From: an uncultured delta proteobacterium
GTDB lineage: Bacteria; Myxococcota_A; Polyangia; Fen-1088
NCBI GenBank assembly: GCA_963737265.1
Contig: CAVTRY010000023.1
Span: forward strand, 96,001 to 160,000
Reading direction: 5' to 3'
Length of the DNA: 64,000 nt
Position 1 is the stretch's first letter; each line of letters opens with the position of its first letter. Positions 8,272-17,741 of the stretch are shown one piece after another. Made by a program: the position numbers and the translations under genes. The notes beneath the pieces are model-generated. The model was not told the DNA's origin, made no database searches, and worked only from the letters and a program-made list of their open reading frames with translations.

Positions 8272-10137
8272 TTGTCCAAGAATTCCTCGCGCAACGGTGA
8301 AACAGCGGCGGCGTCCCGCGCGGCGACGTCGGCCTCGCCCGTACGAAGCGCGCTGGCGGCAGAGCCGCGGCCGGTGCTGCTGCTGTGGGCGCTGGCCGCG
8401 CTTCTGACTTGGTGGTCGTTCGGCTTCACGACCATGCTGGGATCGGATCTGTGGTGGCACCTGGCGTCTGGGCGGTGGATTTGGACCACCCGCACGCTGA
8501 ATTTCACGGATCCGTGGTCGTTCACGCGCCACGGGCAACCCTGGCTGAGCCACGAGTGGCTTTCCGATCTCATCTTCCACGCCTGGTCGAGCCTGCTCGG
8601 CATGGCGACGCTGGTGTGGTGGAAGTGGTCGGTTCTGGTCGGCGCCTTTTTCGTCCTGTTCGCGGTGCTGCGGCGGCTCTCCGGCAGCTCGCTCGCTGGC
8701 TATCTCGCAACCCTACTCGCCATGGCGGTGGGCGCGCCCTTCTTCGACGTGCGTCCGCAGCTCTACTCGGTCCTTGGCTTCGCCGTGCTGTTGCGGCTGG
8801 CGCTGCTGCCCTCGCGCTTTCGCTGGCTGCTGCCTATCGGATTCTTCTTTTGGGTGAACCTTCACGGCGGCTTCTTCTTCGGGTTGCTCGCGCTGACGGC
8901 CATTCTTACGCTGGCGCGCCTTTTCGGCGAGGCAGGGCGAAATTCTCTGCCGCTCTGGCTTACCTGCGTGGTCGTCTGTTTGCTCAATCCCAGCGGACCG
9001 GACGCCTACGTCTTTTCCCTGCATTACGCCCTCAACCCGAAATCCGCTTACCTGCACGTTGGGGAATGGAGGCCGCTGTGGGAGCCAGGCGGAATTCGGT
9101 CGATGCTCTACTATCCCGCGATTGGCGCCTTTGCGCTGTCCGCGGCGGCGACGTTCTACGCTGGCCTTCACCGCAGACACGCTCGCCTGTCATTCACGAG
9201 TCTGGCGCTCGGGCTCTTGACCTTGGCCATGTCCCTGCGAAGCCGCCGCTTCATTCCGCTCTTCGGCATGGCGCAGGGTCTGGTGTTGGCGCCGGTGCTC
9301 GGCGTCTTGCTGGCGCGTCTGGGCGCGTTCCTTCTGGGACGCTTCTTGTGGTTGCGCCGGCCCTATCCGTGGCGACTGTTAGTGCCGGCGCTTGCGTTCA
9401 GCCTGGGCTTGTTCTGGCTCGCGCCCTACCCGCTGTCGAAGAACGCCTTCCTCTATCTCACCAGCCAGGACAGCTTTCCCGTCGAGACCTTGAATGTCGC
9501 CCAAGCCAACCGCCTGGAGGGAAAGGTCTTCTCATTCTACGAATGGGGCGGCTATGTCGATCTGCGCACCAACGGCCGCTTGCAGGTCTTCATCGACGGC
9601 CGCGCCGATACCGTATTCGACGAGAAAATCTACCGGCGCTACACGCGCGTTCTCGGCCTTGCGCCAGGTTGGGAAGACATCGTCGACACATCCGGCGCCG
9701 ACTATTTCCTGTGGCCAAGGCGCCAGCACCGGCAGATTCAGGCGCTGCGCGATTCCGGACAGTGGCGCACGCTCTACTCCGACCACGTTGCGACGCTGCT
9801 CGGTCGCAGCGACGGCTCGGTGCGAGGCCCGCTTGGGCCATCGCCCGATTCCGCCTGGCGCGAGCTGGCGCTCGGCTGGTCGGCCGCCGGAACCAACAAG
9901 TTGCCCGAGGCTGAAGCGCATTTTCAGCGCGCGCTCAACATGATGCCCAACCTGCGCATGGCCTGCGAGTGGTTGGCGAATACTCAAGCCAGGAGCAACC
10001 GGCTGGAGCAAGCCGAGACGACCCTGAATCGTTGCCAGAAGTCATTTCCAGATCCGCCGCGCCGCAAAGAGCTGCTTTCCCTGTTCCACAGCCGATCCGA
10101 GGAAATGGCGCACGATCCCGGTGTCTTTCCGCGTTAA
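8272..10137 (+). CDS. Polytopic membrane protein, probable GT-C-type glycosyltransferase, with C-terminal TPR
   Basis: DLWWHLASGRWI...HEWL, RPQL, WVNLHGGF, VFIDGRAD motifs; many TM segments; TPR-like tail. The CDS is clear, the function is inferred. Confidence 0.7.
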   Translation: MSKNSSRNGETAAASRAATSASPVRSALAAEPRPVLLLWALAALLTWWSFGFTTMLGSDLWWHLASGRWIWTTRTLNFTDPWSFTRHGQPWLSHEWLSDLIFHAWSSLLGMATLVWWKWSVLVGAFFVLFAVLRRLSGSSLAGYLATLLAMAVGAPFFDVRPQLYSVLGFAVLLRLALLPSRFRWLLPIGFFFWVNLHGGFFFGLLALTAILTLARLFGEAGRNSLPLWLTCVVVCLLNPSGPDAYVFSLHYALNPKSAYLHVGEWRPLWEPGGIRSMLYYPAIGAFALSAAATFYAGLHRRHARLSFTSLALGLLTLAMSLRSRRFIPLFGMAQGLVLAPVLGVLLARLGAFLLGRFLWLRRPYPWRLLVPALAFSLGLFWLAPYPLSKNAFLYLTSQDSFPVETLNVAQANRLEGKVFSFYEWGGYVDLRTNGRLQVFIDGRADTVFDEKIYRRYTRVLGLAPGWEDIVDTSGADYFLWPRRQHRQIQALRDSGQWRTLYSDHVATLLGRSDGSVRGPLGPSPDSAWRELALGWSAAGTNKLPEAEAHFQRALNMMPNLRMACEWLANTQARSNRLEQAETTLNRCQKSFPDPPRRKELLSLFHSRSEEMAHDPGVFPR

Positions 10138-10170
10138 CCACGGGCGTCAATAGCCGAGCCGAACCTCCAT

Positions 10171-10183
10171 TATTGCGGCAATA
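10171..10183. promoter_or_regulatory. Palindrome upstream of the Ig-repeat adhesin gene
   Basis: TATTGC-G-GCAATA in an AT-richer intergenic region. Confidence 0.35.
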
Positions 10184-10329
10184 GCACGTTTTTCCCTGAC
10201 GACCGTGGCTACTTTCCTGCCCGTACATAGGTGCATCTCACGGCACACTGCACACACACTTGATTATCGCCCGAAGGCAGCAAACAATGGCCGCCTTCAA
10301 GACTCCTCACATCCGCGCGGAAAAAAAAC

Positions 10330-13300
10330 ATGAACAGAATCAGATTCGCACTTTTCGCCCTTCTCGTTGGATCCATCGGCGCGTGCGGGGGACGCAGCGC
10401 CCTCAAACCGCTCGGCGACGGAGGTGGTACGAACGATGTCGGTGCGATTCTAGACGTGAAAGCCGACGTCGCAAAGCCAGCCGACGGTGCCCGCGATTCC
10501 GCCGCGCCAGATATGGCCGGACCCGATCAACCGATACCCGACGTCGCCTCGCCTGACCTTGCCAAAAACCCGGACCTTCCAGGCATCGTCGACGCTCGTG
10601 ACGCTGGACCAGGCATCGACAGCCGCGACACGGCTGTCATCGACACCAGACCCGGCAGCGGCAACGATCTTGGCGGCGATACGGCACCGACGTTGGCCAG
10701 CATCGGCCTCACGCCACCCAGCCCCGTCATCGTGGTCGGCGTTCCCTACACCGGCCTGGTCGTCACCGCGATCCTTTCCGACGGTACCTCATCCGACGTG
10801 ACGGCGAGCGCTGCCTTCACATCCAGCGACACGACCGTCGTGCAGATTTCGGGGCATACCTTGAACGGGCTCAAGGCCGGTTCGGCAACCATCACCGCGA
10901 CCTATTCGGGCAAGACCTCCACCGCGACGGTTACGGTTTCGAGCTCGCCGCTCAAGACTCTCTCGGTCGACAGTGTCGTGCCGGTTCCCGTGGGGCAATT
11001 CATTCTCGTCACGGCGACCGGGGTGCTCGCGGACGGAACGAAAGTGGATGTCACGGCGCAAGCCACGTGGGCCTCGTCCGACGCCACGCTCGCGACCGTG
11101 GCGATCGACGCTACAAGTGGGGAGGAGAAGGTCGTCGGCGTCGCGGCGGGAACAGTGACTGTCACGGCGACCGTGTTAGGAGTTGTCGGCACCGCAGCCG
11201 TGACCGTAACCGCCTCGCCCATGACGAGGATCGATCTCACCCCGGTTCAACCCATTTTACAGCGAGGTGTGTCCCAGCCCTTCCAGGCCACCGCGACGTT
11301 CGCCGACGGAACCACGGGCGATGTCACCCAGCAGGCAACCTGGACGACCAGCAGCGCCGCCATTGCAACGGTTACCTCGGGTGCCACCGGCGTGGTCGTG
11401 AAAGCGGTCGCGGTCGGCACGGCGACCATCTCGGCCACCGTGGGAACCATCAAAGGCTCGACGACGGTCACGGTCACGGCGCCGACGCTTCTATCCATCG
11501 CCGTCAGCCCGGCAGCCTGGTTGCCCAACGTGGGCGGAACGCAGTCCTTCACGGCGACGGGAACATTCTCGGACACCACCACCGCGGACCTAACCGTCTC
11601 GGCAACGTGGTCATCGTCCAGCCCAACCTCGTTCTCGATTTCCAATGCCGCCGGGCAGAAGGGGCAGGCCACGGCGCTCGCCGTCGGGACGGGCGTCGTT
11701 CAGGCCAGCTTCGCCGGCGTGATTGGAACGGCCAAGGTGGCCGTGACCTCGTCGCCGCTCGCGGGCATCAAGGTCACACCCAATCCGCTCGCCATCGTGC
11801 TCGGCCTCAAGGGATCGCTGCTGGCGACCGGCGCCTATCAAAACGGGACCTCCCAGGACATCACCACCCAGGTGGCCTGGACAGTTGCCGACGGAACGAT
11901 TGCCAGCGTGTCGAATGTCGCTGCGACCGCAGGACAAGTCTCCGGCCTTGCGGTCGGCACGACGACGGTCACCGCCACACTTGCCGGCATCAGCGGTCAG
12001 GCTGCGGTAACCGTCTCCCAGGCCAAGCTCATCGGCATCACCGTGGCCCCGGCCACAGCCAACGTCACCGCCGGCGTCACACAGGCGTTCACAGCGACCG
12101 GCAACTACGACAACGGCGCCACGCCTGATCTCACCACGCAGGTGACGTGGACATCGAGCAACATCGGCGTAGCCCAAGTGTCCAACGCCGCCGGCAGCAA
12201 CGGGCTGGCCAGCTCGCTCGTCGCCGGCACCGCAACCATCACCGCGACCCTCACTGGCGTGTCGGGCACGGCCACGCTGACCGTGGGAGCGCCTCTGCTC
12301 TCGTCCATCATAATCGCGCCCGCCTCGGCAAGCATTCAAGTGGGCGCCACGCAAGCCTTCACGGTCGCTGCTGTTTATCAAAATGGCACGACCGCCCCCG
12401 TTCTTGGCGCGTGGATGTCTTCAGATCCGTCGGTGGCGACGATTCCAGCCACAGGCCGGCGAGCGGTGGCGACCGCAGTGGCGGCTGGCACCACGACGAT
12501 CACGGTGACTTTCCAAGGCCAGACCGACGCGGCGCTGCTGACGGTCACCGCGGTGCCAACCCTGGTCGGACTCACGGTCACGCCACAAAACCCAGCCACC
12601 ATCCTGGCTGGCGCTACCCAACAGTTCCAAGCCAACGCCATCAAGAGCGACGGAAGCTCAACGGTGGTGACGGGAGCCGCGACTTGGACGAGCTCCGATG
12701 CGACCGTCGCATCGGTTTCAAACGGCGGCGGACCCGGTCCGGGTGGCGGCGGTCGGGGGCTTGCCACCGGCATCGGCGCCGGCACGGCCACCATCACTGC
12801 CACCTATCAAGGACAGACGGCCACTGCCACCCTCAGCGTGCGCAGCCCCGCACCGACTGGCTTGATCCTCAACCCCGCGACGGCCGCGATCCGGGTCAAC
12901 GGGACGCAGCAGTTCCAAGCCCTCGTCACGCTGGACGACGGAACCACGCAAACGGTAACCAACGCCGCCTCGTGGACCACCTCCGACGGTACGGTCGCCA
13001 GCATCACGACGGGCGGCGGCCCAGGCGGACCGGGCGGTCCGGGTGGTGGTGGCCGCGGTCTCGCCACCGGCATCGGCGCCGGCACGGTCACGATTACCGC
13101 AACCTACAGTGGCTTCACCGCAAAGGCGACACTGACGGTGTCGGCCGCGACGCCAGTTGATCTCGTGGTCACACCCCCGGCGCCGAAGCTTGTCGTCGGC
13201 GCGGCGCAAGCCTTCGTGGCAACGCTGGTGTTCGACGACAACACTACATCGGTCGTCACTGGCCAGGCAACGTGGAGCTCCTCGGATCCCACGGTCGCGA

Positions 13301-14238
13301 CCGTCACGACCGCCGGCGGTGGGCCGTTCGGCGGAGGCGGAGGTGGCGGCGTCGCAACCGCCGCCGGGGATGGAACCAGCACCATCACGGCCGAGTTCGA
13401 CGGTCTTTCTGGAACGGCGGTTCTCACGGTGACCGATCCACCCATTTCCTTCGTCCAAATAACGCCCACGAATCCCAACATTCCGGTCCAAGGTGCGGTC
13501 CAGTTCACGGCAACAGCGGTATTCACCGACAACTCGACCCGCAACGTAACCGGACAGTCGACCTGGAGCGCATCGGACTCCACCGTCGCCGTGGTGGCAA
13601 ACTCAGGTGCTACCATCGGCCGCGCCACTGGACTTGGGGCCGGCACGGCCACCATCACGGCGACCTACCGGGGAACGTCGGGGTCGTCGCTGCTGACCGT
13701 GGCCCAGAGTGTAACGTCGATCGCAGTCACGCCGACCAACCCGACCACGGTCCTTGGGATCCCGGTGATCTTCAATGCGACGGCAACCCTTTCGAACAAT
13801 GCGACCCTGATTGTTACGGCCGATTCGTCCTGGGTTTCCTCAGATTCAACCGTTGCCACCGTGAACGCGACGGGTGGCGCGGTTCCGGAAAAGGCCGGCA
13901 CCACCAGCATCACCGCGACCTATCTCGGCATGTCCGGCAGCAGCACGCTGACCGTCAGCACGGCAACGCTGTCGTCGATCGGCATCGCCCCCAACCCGGT
14001 CACCATCGCGAACGGTGCCTCGCTGCAACTCGCCGCCACGGGAACCTACAGCGACTCGTCCACGCACGATCTCACCAGCGTGGCCACCTGGCTGTCGTCA
14101 ACCCCAGGCTCCGCCAGCGTTTCCAACGCGAGCGGATCGCGTGGCCTGCTCACCGCGACCGGCAGTGGCACGACCTCGGTAACTGCGGTGTTTCAAGGCG
14201 TCACCTCCGCGGCCGACACCATCACGGTCACGCCGTAA
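10330..14238 (+). CDS. Large surface lipoprotein with about 13 bacterial Ig-like (Big_2) repeats, Lig-like adhesin
   Basis: Lipobox IGAC, Asp/Pro linker, repeated I.VTP...F.AT..D.T....W.SSD..VA.V...G...ITAT units. Confidence 0.9.
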   Translation: MNRIRFALFALLVGSIGACGGRSALKPLGDGGGTNDVGAILDVKADVAKPADGARDSAAPDMAGPDQPIPDVASPDLAKNPDLPGIVDARDAGPGIDSRDTAVIDTRPGSGNDLGGDTAPTLASIGLTPPSPVIVVGVPYTGLVVTAILSDGTSSDVTASAAFTSSDTTVVQISGHTLNGLKAGSATITATYSGKTSTATVTVSSSPLKTLSVDSVVPVPVGQFILVTATGVLADGTKVDVTAQATWASSDATLATVAIDATSGEEKVVGVAAGTVTVTATVLGVVGTAAVTVTASPMTRIDLTPVQPILQRGVSQPFQATATFADGTTGDVTQQATWTTSSAAIATVTSGATGVVVKAVAVGTATISATVGTIKGSTTVTVTAPTLLSIAVSPAAWLPNVGGTQSFTATGTFSDTTTADLTVSATWSSSSPTSFSISNAAGQKGQATALAVGTGVVQASFAGVIGTAKVAVTSSPLAGIKVTPNPLAIVLGLKGSLLATGAYQNGTSQDITTQVAWTVADGTIASVSNVAATAGQVSGLAVGTTTVTATLAGISGQAAVTVSQAKLIGITVAPATANVTAGVTQAFTATGNYDNGATPDLTTQVTWTSSNIGVAQVSNAAGSNGLASSLVAGTATITATLTGVSGTATLTVGAPLLSSIIIAPASASIQVGATQAFTVAAVYQNGTTAPVLGAWMSSDPSVATIPATGRRAVATAVAAGTTTITVTFQGQTDAALLTVTAVPTLVGLTVTPQNPATILAGATQQFQANAIKSDGSSTVVTGAATWTSSDATVASVSNGGGPGPGGGGRGLATGIGAGTATITATYQGQTATATLSVRSPAPTGLILNPATAAIRVNGTQQFQALVTLDDGTTQTVTNAASWTTSDGTVASITTGGGPGGPGGPGGGGRGLATGIGAGTVTITATYSGFTAKATLTVSAATPVDLVVTPPAPKLVVGAAQAFVATLVFDDNTTSVVTGQATWSSSDPTVATVTTAGGGPFGGGGGGGVATAAGDGTSTITAEFDGLSGTAVLTVTDPPISFVQITPTNPNIPVQGAVQFTATAVFTDNSTRNVTGQSTWSASDSTVAVVANSGATIGRATGLGAGTATITATYRGTSGSSLLTVAQSVTSIAVTPTNPTTVLGIPVIFNATATLSNNATLIVTADSSWVSSDSTVATVNATGGAVPEKAGTTSITATYLGMSGSSTLTVSTATLSSIGIAPNPVTIANGASLQLAATGTYSDSSTHDLTSVATWLSSTPGSASVSNASGSRGLLTATGSGTTSVTAVFQGVTSAADTITVTP

Positions 14239-15052
14239 CGGCGCCCGAGCGGACGACGAAACCGACCATCTGGCCCGTGCGTCGTCCGCTCTTCCTGAAG
14301 GAGTAGAAGCGCCGGCCCGGATCGCAGAAGGTGCAGTCCGTGCTGACGTCGATGTTCTCTGATGGAACGCCCGAGGCTTCGAGCTGCAGCAATTGAAACA
14401 GGCGCAGATCGATGCGTGGCTTGCGGGTGCCGCTGCGAACGACAATTCCGTTTTCCAGAGCCGCCGGCATGACCGCGCTGAAGGCGCCGACAACCTCCGG
14501 GCCGACTTCAAAACAACACGGGCCGATGCACGGACCCAGCACCGCGTGCAAGTCGCGCGGCCGGCAGCCAAATTGAGAAGCCAGGGCTTTCACGCCTGCG
14601 CGAGCCATGCCGGCGGCGGTACCCCGCCAGCCCGCGTGTAGCACCGCGCACGCGCCCGTGCGCGAACACGTCATCACGATGGGCGTGCAGTCCGCCACGT
14701 GCACGGAGAGCCCCACGCCCGGTTCGTCGCTGCAAAGCCCGTCGGCCTCTACGGCAGCGATGGCTCGGGCGTCGTCGCTGCGGCGCACGCGCACGATGCG
14801 GACGCCATGGACCTGGGATGCGCGGAACATGACGTCGGCGCCAGAACCGGCCAGCAAGCGCCGATGGTTTTCGTCCACGCATGCGCGTTGGTCGCCCCAT
14901 TTCCAGCCCAGGTTCAGCGAATCGAACGGCGGCGGGCTCACGCCTCCCGCGCGCGTGGTGAAGCCGTGGTGGAACCCCTTGGCCAGTGTTGCAGAAACGA
15001 GCAAGGGCACCTCGATACCGTCAGCGATGGAGATCGTCGTTGTTTCCACCAT
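14228..15052 (-). CDS. pgeF: PgeF/YfiH family protein
   Basis: HGFTTRAGGVS, SLNLG, QVHG, VADCTPI, HAGWRG, GPCIGPCCFEV; start overlaps the rluD stop. Confidence 0.92.
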   Translation of the reverse strand: MVETTTISIADGIEVPLLVSATLAKGFHHGFTTRAGGVSPPPFDSLNLGWKWGDQRACVDENHRRLLAGSGADVMFRASQVHGVRIVRVRRSDDARAIAAVEADGLCSDEPGVGLSVHVADCTPIVMTCSRTGACAVLHAGWRGTAAGMARAGVKALASQFGCRPRDLHAVLGPCIGPCCFEVGPEVVGAFSAVMPAALENGIVVRSGTRKPRIDLRLFQLLQLEASGVPSENIDVSTDCTFCDPGRRFYSFRKSGRRTGQMVGFVVRSGAVTA

Positions 15053-16041
15053 CACACCAGCGCGCGCAGTGCCGCAAGCGCAGCCATGAAGTCCTCCGGC
15101 GGCGCAGATTCGAATTCCACCCACGCGCCCGTCTTGGGGTGATGGAACCCCAGCGTGCGGGCGTGCAGGGCTTGCCGGCCGAGCGTCTTGCCGATCTCGC
15201 GTACCTTCTCGTCGCGCGGCGGCCGGCCATACGTCGCATCGCCAAGCAGCGGACATCCCAGAGCGGCGAAGTGCACGCGAACCTGATGCGTTCGCCCGGT
15301 TTCCAGCTCGGCCTGCACGCGCGAAGCCTTGCCCAGGTCTTCCACCAAGCTCCAGTTGGTAATCGCCCGCTTGCCGGTCCGAACCTTGATGCTGAACTTC
15401 TTGCGATCGTGAGGATCGCGCCCGTGCAAGGTGTCGATGCGTCCCGACGCATGCGCCGGCCGGCCCACCAACAAAGCGTCGTAGACGCGCTTGATGCGAT
15501 GGATTTTGAAGTCGGCGCCAAGCGCGTTCATGGTCACGTCGTCCTTGGCCACGACCAGCAGGCCCGAGGTGTCCTTGTCGATCCGGTGCACGATACCGGG
15601 GCGCAGCTCGCCGCCGATGCCGCGCAGGTCTTTGCAATGGGCGAGCAGCGCGTTGACCAGCGTGCCATCTTCGTGCCCGGCGGCGGGATGCACCACCAGT
15701 CCGGGCGGCTTATCCACCACGACCAACTGCGCGTCCTCGAACACGATCCGCAACGGGATCTCCTCGGCAACGAGCTCGACCGCACGCACGGCTGGCGGCG
15801 TCCATACCACGATGTCCCCCGCCCGCACTTTCTGCGACTGAGAAGCCGGCTTGCCGTTCAAGGTGACGGCACCCTCGCCAATCTGGCGCGAAATCTGCGA
15901 ACGCGACACGTCCGCGATGCATTCGGCCAGCACGATGTCGAGCCGCTTGCCGGCAACACCGGCGGCAAGCGAAAACGTCCGCGATGGTCGAGGGATCCCG
16001 CCCGGCTCGGCGGCACGAGGACGTCGCGCGGCGGTCACCAA
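15052..16041 (-). CDS. rluD: RluA/RluD pseudouridine synthase
   Basis: S4 domain, KPPGLVVHP, HRIDKDTSG, TGRTHQVRVH, RQALHA. Confidence 0.93.
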   Translation of the reverse strand: MVTAARRPRAAEPGGIPRPSRTFSLAAGVAGKRLDIVLAECIADVSRSQISRQIGEGAVTLNGKPASQSQKVRAGDIVVWTPPAVRAVELVAEEIPLRIVFEDAQLVVVDKPPGLVVHPAAGHEDGTLVNALLAHCKDLRGIGGELRPGIVHRIDKDTSGLLVVAKDDVTMNALGADFKIHRIKRVYDALLVGRPAHASGRIDTLHGRDPHDRKKFSIKVRTGKRAITNWSLVEDLGKASRVQAELETGRTHQVRVHFAALGCPLLGDATYGRPPRDEKVREIGKTLGRQALHARTLGFHHPKTGAWVEFESAPPEDFMAALAALRALV

Positions 16042-16304
16042 ATTTTCGACTTGATGTTCTGCCCGCGCTGCTTGAGCAAGATATCCACCAGCGCGCGGTC
16101 GAACAGATTCGAGGCGGCAATGTCCGGCGTCACACGCGACTTGAAGTGCTGGCGTCCTTCCTCGATCTCATCCCTCATCGCATCGAACAGATTGTCGTTC
16201 TGGATCCCCTGGACCAGCTTGGCTTCGTTGTACATCGCAAGGTCAGAGGCAATCGCACGGGCGAACTGACGCGCTCTCTCCGGCTTGTCGATCAGCGGGG
16301 GCAT
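16035..16304 (-). CDS. Small helical hypothetical protein (ARxFARAIASDxxxYN motif)
   Basis: 89 aa, overlaps the rluD start, typical codon use. Confidence 0.75.
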   Translation of the reverse strand: MPPLIDKPERARQFARAIASDLAMYNEAKLVQGIQNDNLFDAMRDEIEEGRQHFKSRVTPDIAASNLFDRALVDILLKQRGQNIKSKIW

Positions 16305-16369
16305 TGGGACTAAGTTACCTGATTCCGCGGCAAGGTGCGAATCGAGTTTGCAGACTTCACGCGCGTGCA

Positions 16370-16837
16370 CTACACGCGCTTCTTCGCGATCCTCGCGACA
16401 GCCTCGGCTGGCTTGAGACAGGTGACGTGCGTGGAGAAGTCCTTGAAGTCATCCCCGTTGAGGGTGACCACCAGAGGAACGTGGTGGACCATGGCCGCCG
16501 CGACGATATGAGCGTCGTGGATCTGCTTGCCCGTGGCAGGGGACTGCGCAAGGAGTCCGAGCAGAGTCGGCAAGAGCGGCCTCTCTTCGGGCAGAAGGCG
16601 GATGTGCTCGCGAAAACCGGCCAGGCTTTCTAGCGCGTCCAACAGCTCCAGGCCGAGCCCGTTGTTGGCGGGCGGGCGGGTGGCGACCACGAGGAACTCG
16701 CGGGCCACCTGGGCCGGGAAGACGAGTCCCTCGCGGCGCTCGATCAATTCGCGCGCGGCGCGGTGCTGGCCGCGAGCGCGGTTGGACGCCTCCAGCAACA
16801 CGCAGGTATCGACCAGCAGTGCGGCGCTATCGGCCAT
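16370..16837 (-). CDS. PIN-domain toxin (VapC/FitB-like)
   Basis: LVDTCVLL, QVAREF, IHDAHIVA, TLNGDDF acidic motifs. Confidence 0.9.
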   Translation of the reverse strand: MADSAALLVDTCVLLEASNRARGQHRAARELIERREGLVFPAQVAREFLVVATRPPANNGLGLELLDALESLAGFREHIRLLPEERPLLPTLLGLLAQSPATGKQIHDAHIVAAAMVHHVPLVVTLNGDDFKDFSTHVTCLKPAEAVARIAKKRV

Positions 16838-17066
16838 CGTCGTCGTAGAGCTCGCCGCGCGACCAAGTCGCGCGCGTCGGGAGGTTCACGGTGTGGATCT
16901 TGAGCTCTCGGCGGTCTGGGTGCCCCGGTTTCCTCTCGGCCGTGCGCGCCTCCGACTCCAGGATGCTCTTGACCTCGCCCTGCAGGCTGCGGTTGTGACG
17001 CTTCGCCCGCGCCTTCAGTCGCGCAACGGCCGCGTCGTCCAGGTTTCGGATCAATAGTGATGCCAT
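16827..17066 (-). CDS. FitA-like ribbon-helix-helix antitoxin
   Basis: MASLLIRNLDDAAVARLKARAKRHNRSLQGEVKSILE; overlaps the toxin start. Confidence 0.88.
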   Translation of the reverse strand: MASLLIRNLDDAAVARLKARAKRHNRSLQGEVKSILESEARTAERKPGHPDRRELKIHTVNLPTRATWSRGELYDDDGR

Positions 17067-17092
17067 AGCAAAACGATAGCATAGCATGATGC
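17059..17092 (-). promoter_or_regulatory. Probable TA autoregulatory operator
   Basis: Three ATAGCA/TAGCA copies (TGCTAT on the coding strand) over the antitoxin start, resembling the TGCTATCA FitA half-site. Confidence 0.5.
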
Positions 17093-17276
17093 TGGTGCTC
17101 GCCACACGATTCGCAGAAGAGGTGTGCGAATCATGCCCGACCGATGCGCCAGCCCGATTAGCTCGCACCACAGCCTGACGCCCGGAGCCTGCAGCCTCAT
17201 GCCACGACCCTCAAAAGATCGTCGCGCCACGCGAAGAATCTCGGAGGTCGAAGATTGGAGTGTAAGCTAGGCACTC

Positions 17277-17741
17277 ATGAACCAAGCCATGTTGAAGATC
17301 GCGGTGGCCGCCGCCGCTACCCTGTTTCTCACCCGAACACCTGTCGCCGCCGACGAAACCTACCAGGTCACCAAGAGCGACGCTGCAACGACGGTGGGAG
17401 TCAAGGCCAAGGCCGACGTAACGATTCTGGCCAAGAAGGGTTGGCATCTCAACGCCGAGGCACCGCTCACGCTCAAGCTGACGCCCACGCCGGGCGTGGA
17501 GCTGGACAAGGCGAAGCTCGGTCGCGGCGATCTGGCCCTGTCGACCGAGAGCACGGCACGCTTCGAATTCACCCTGACATCGTCGGAGCCGGGCAAGAAG
17601 ACCATCGCGGCCGAGGCCAGCTTCGTGCTGTGCCAGGAGGAGTCGTGCCGCCCCATCCGGGAGAAACTGACGCTTTCGGTCGACGCGGCGGAGCCCAAGT
17701 CCAGCCCAGTCAAGAAGACCGCCAAGAAAGGCGCTCGCTAG
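17277..17741 (+). CDS. Secreted protein, DsbD N-terminal-like domain
   Basis: Signal peptide, KGWHLNAEAP, LCQEESC (CX4C). Confidence 0.65.
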   Translation: MNQAMLKIAVAAAATLFLTRTPVAADETYQVTKSDAATTVGVKAKADVTILAKKGWHLNAEAPLTLKLTPTPGVELDKAKLGRGDLALSTESTARFEFTLTSSEPGKKTIAAEASFVLCQEESCRPIREKLTLSVDAAEPKSSPVKKTAKKGAR

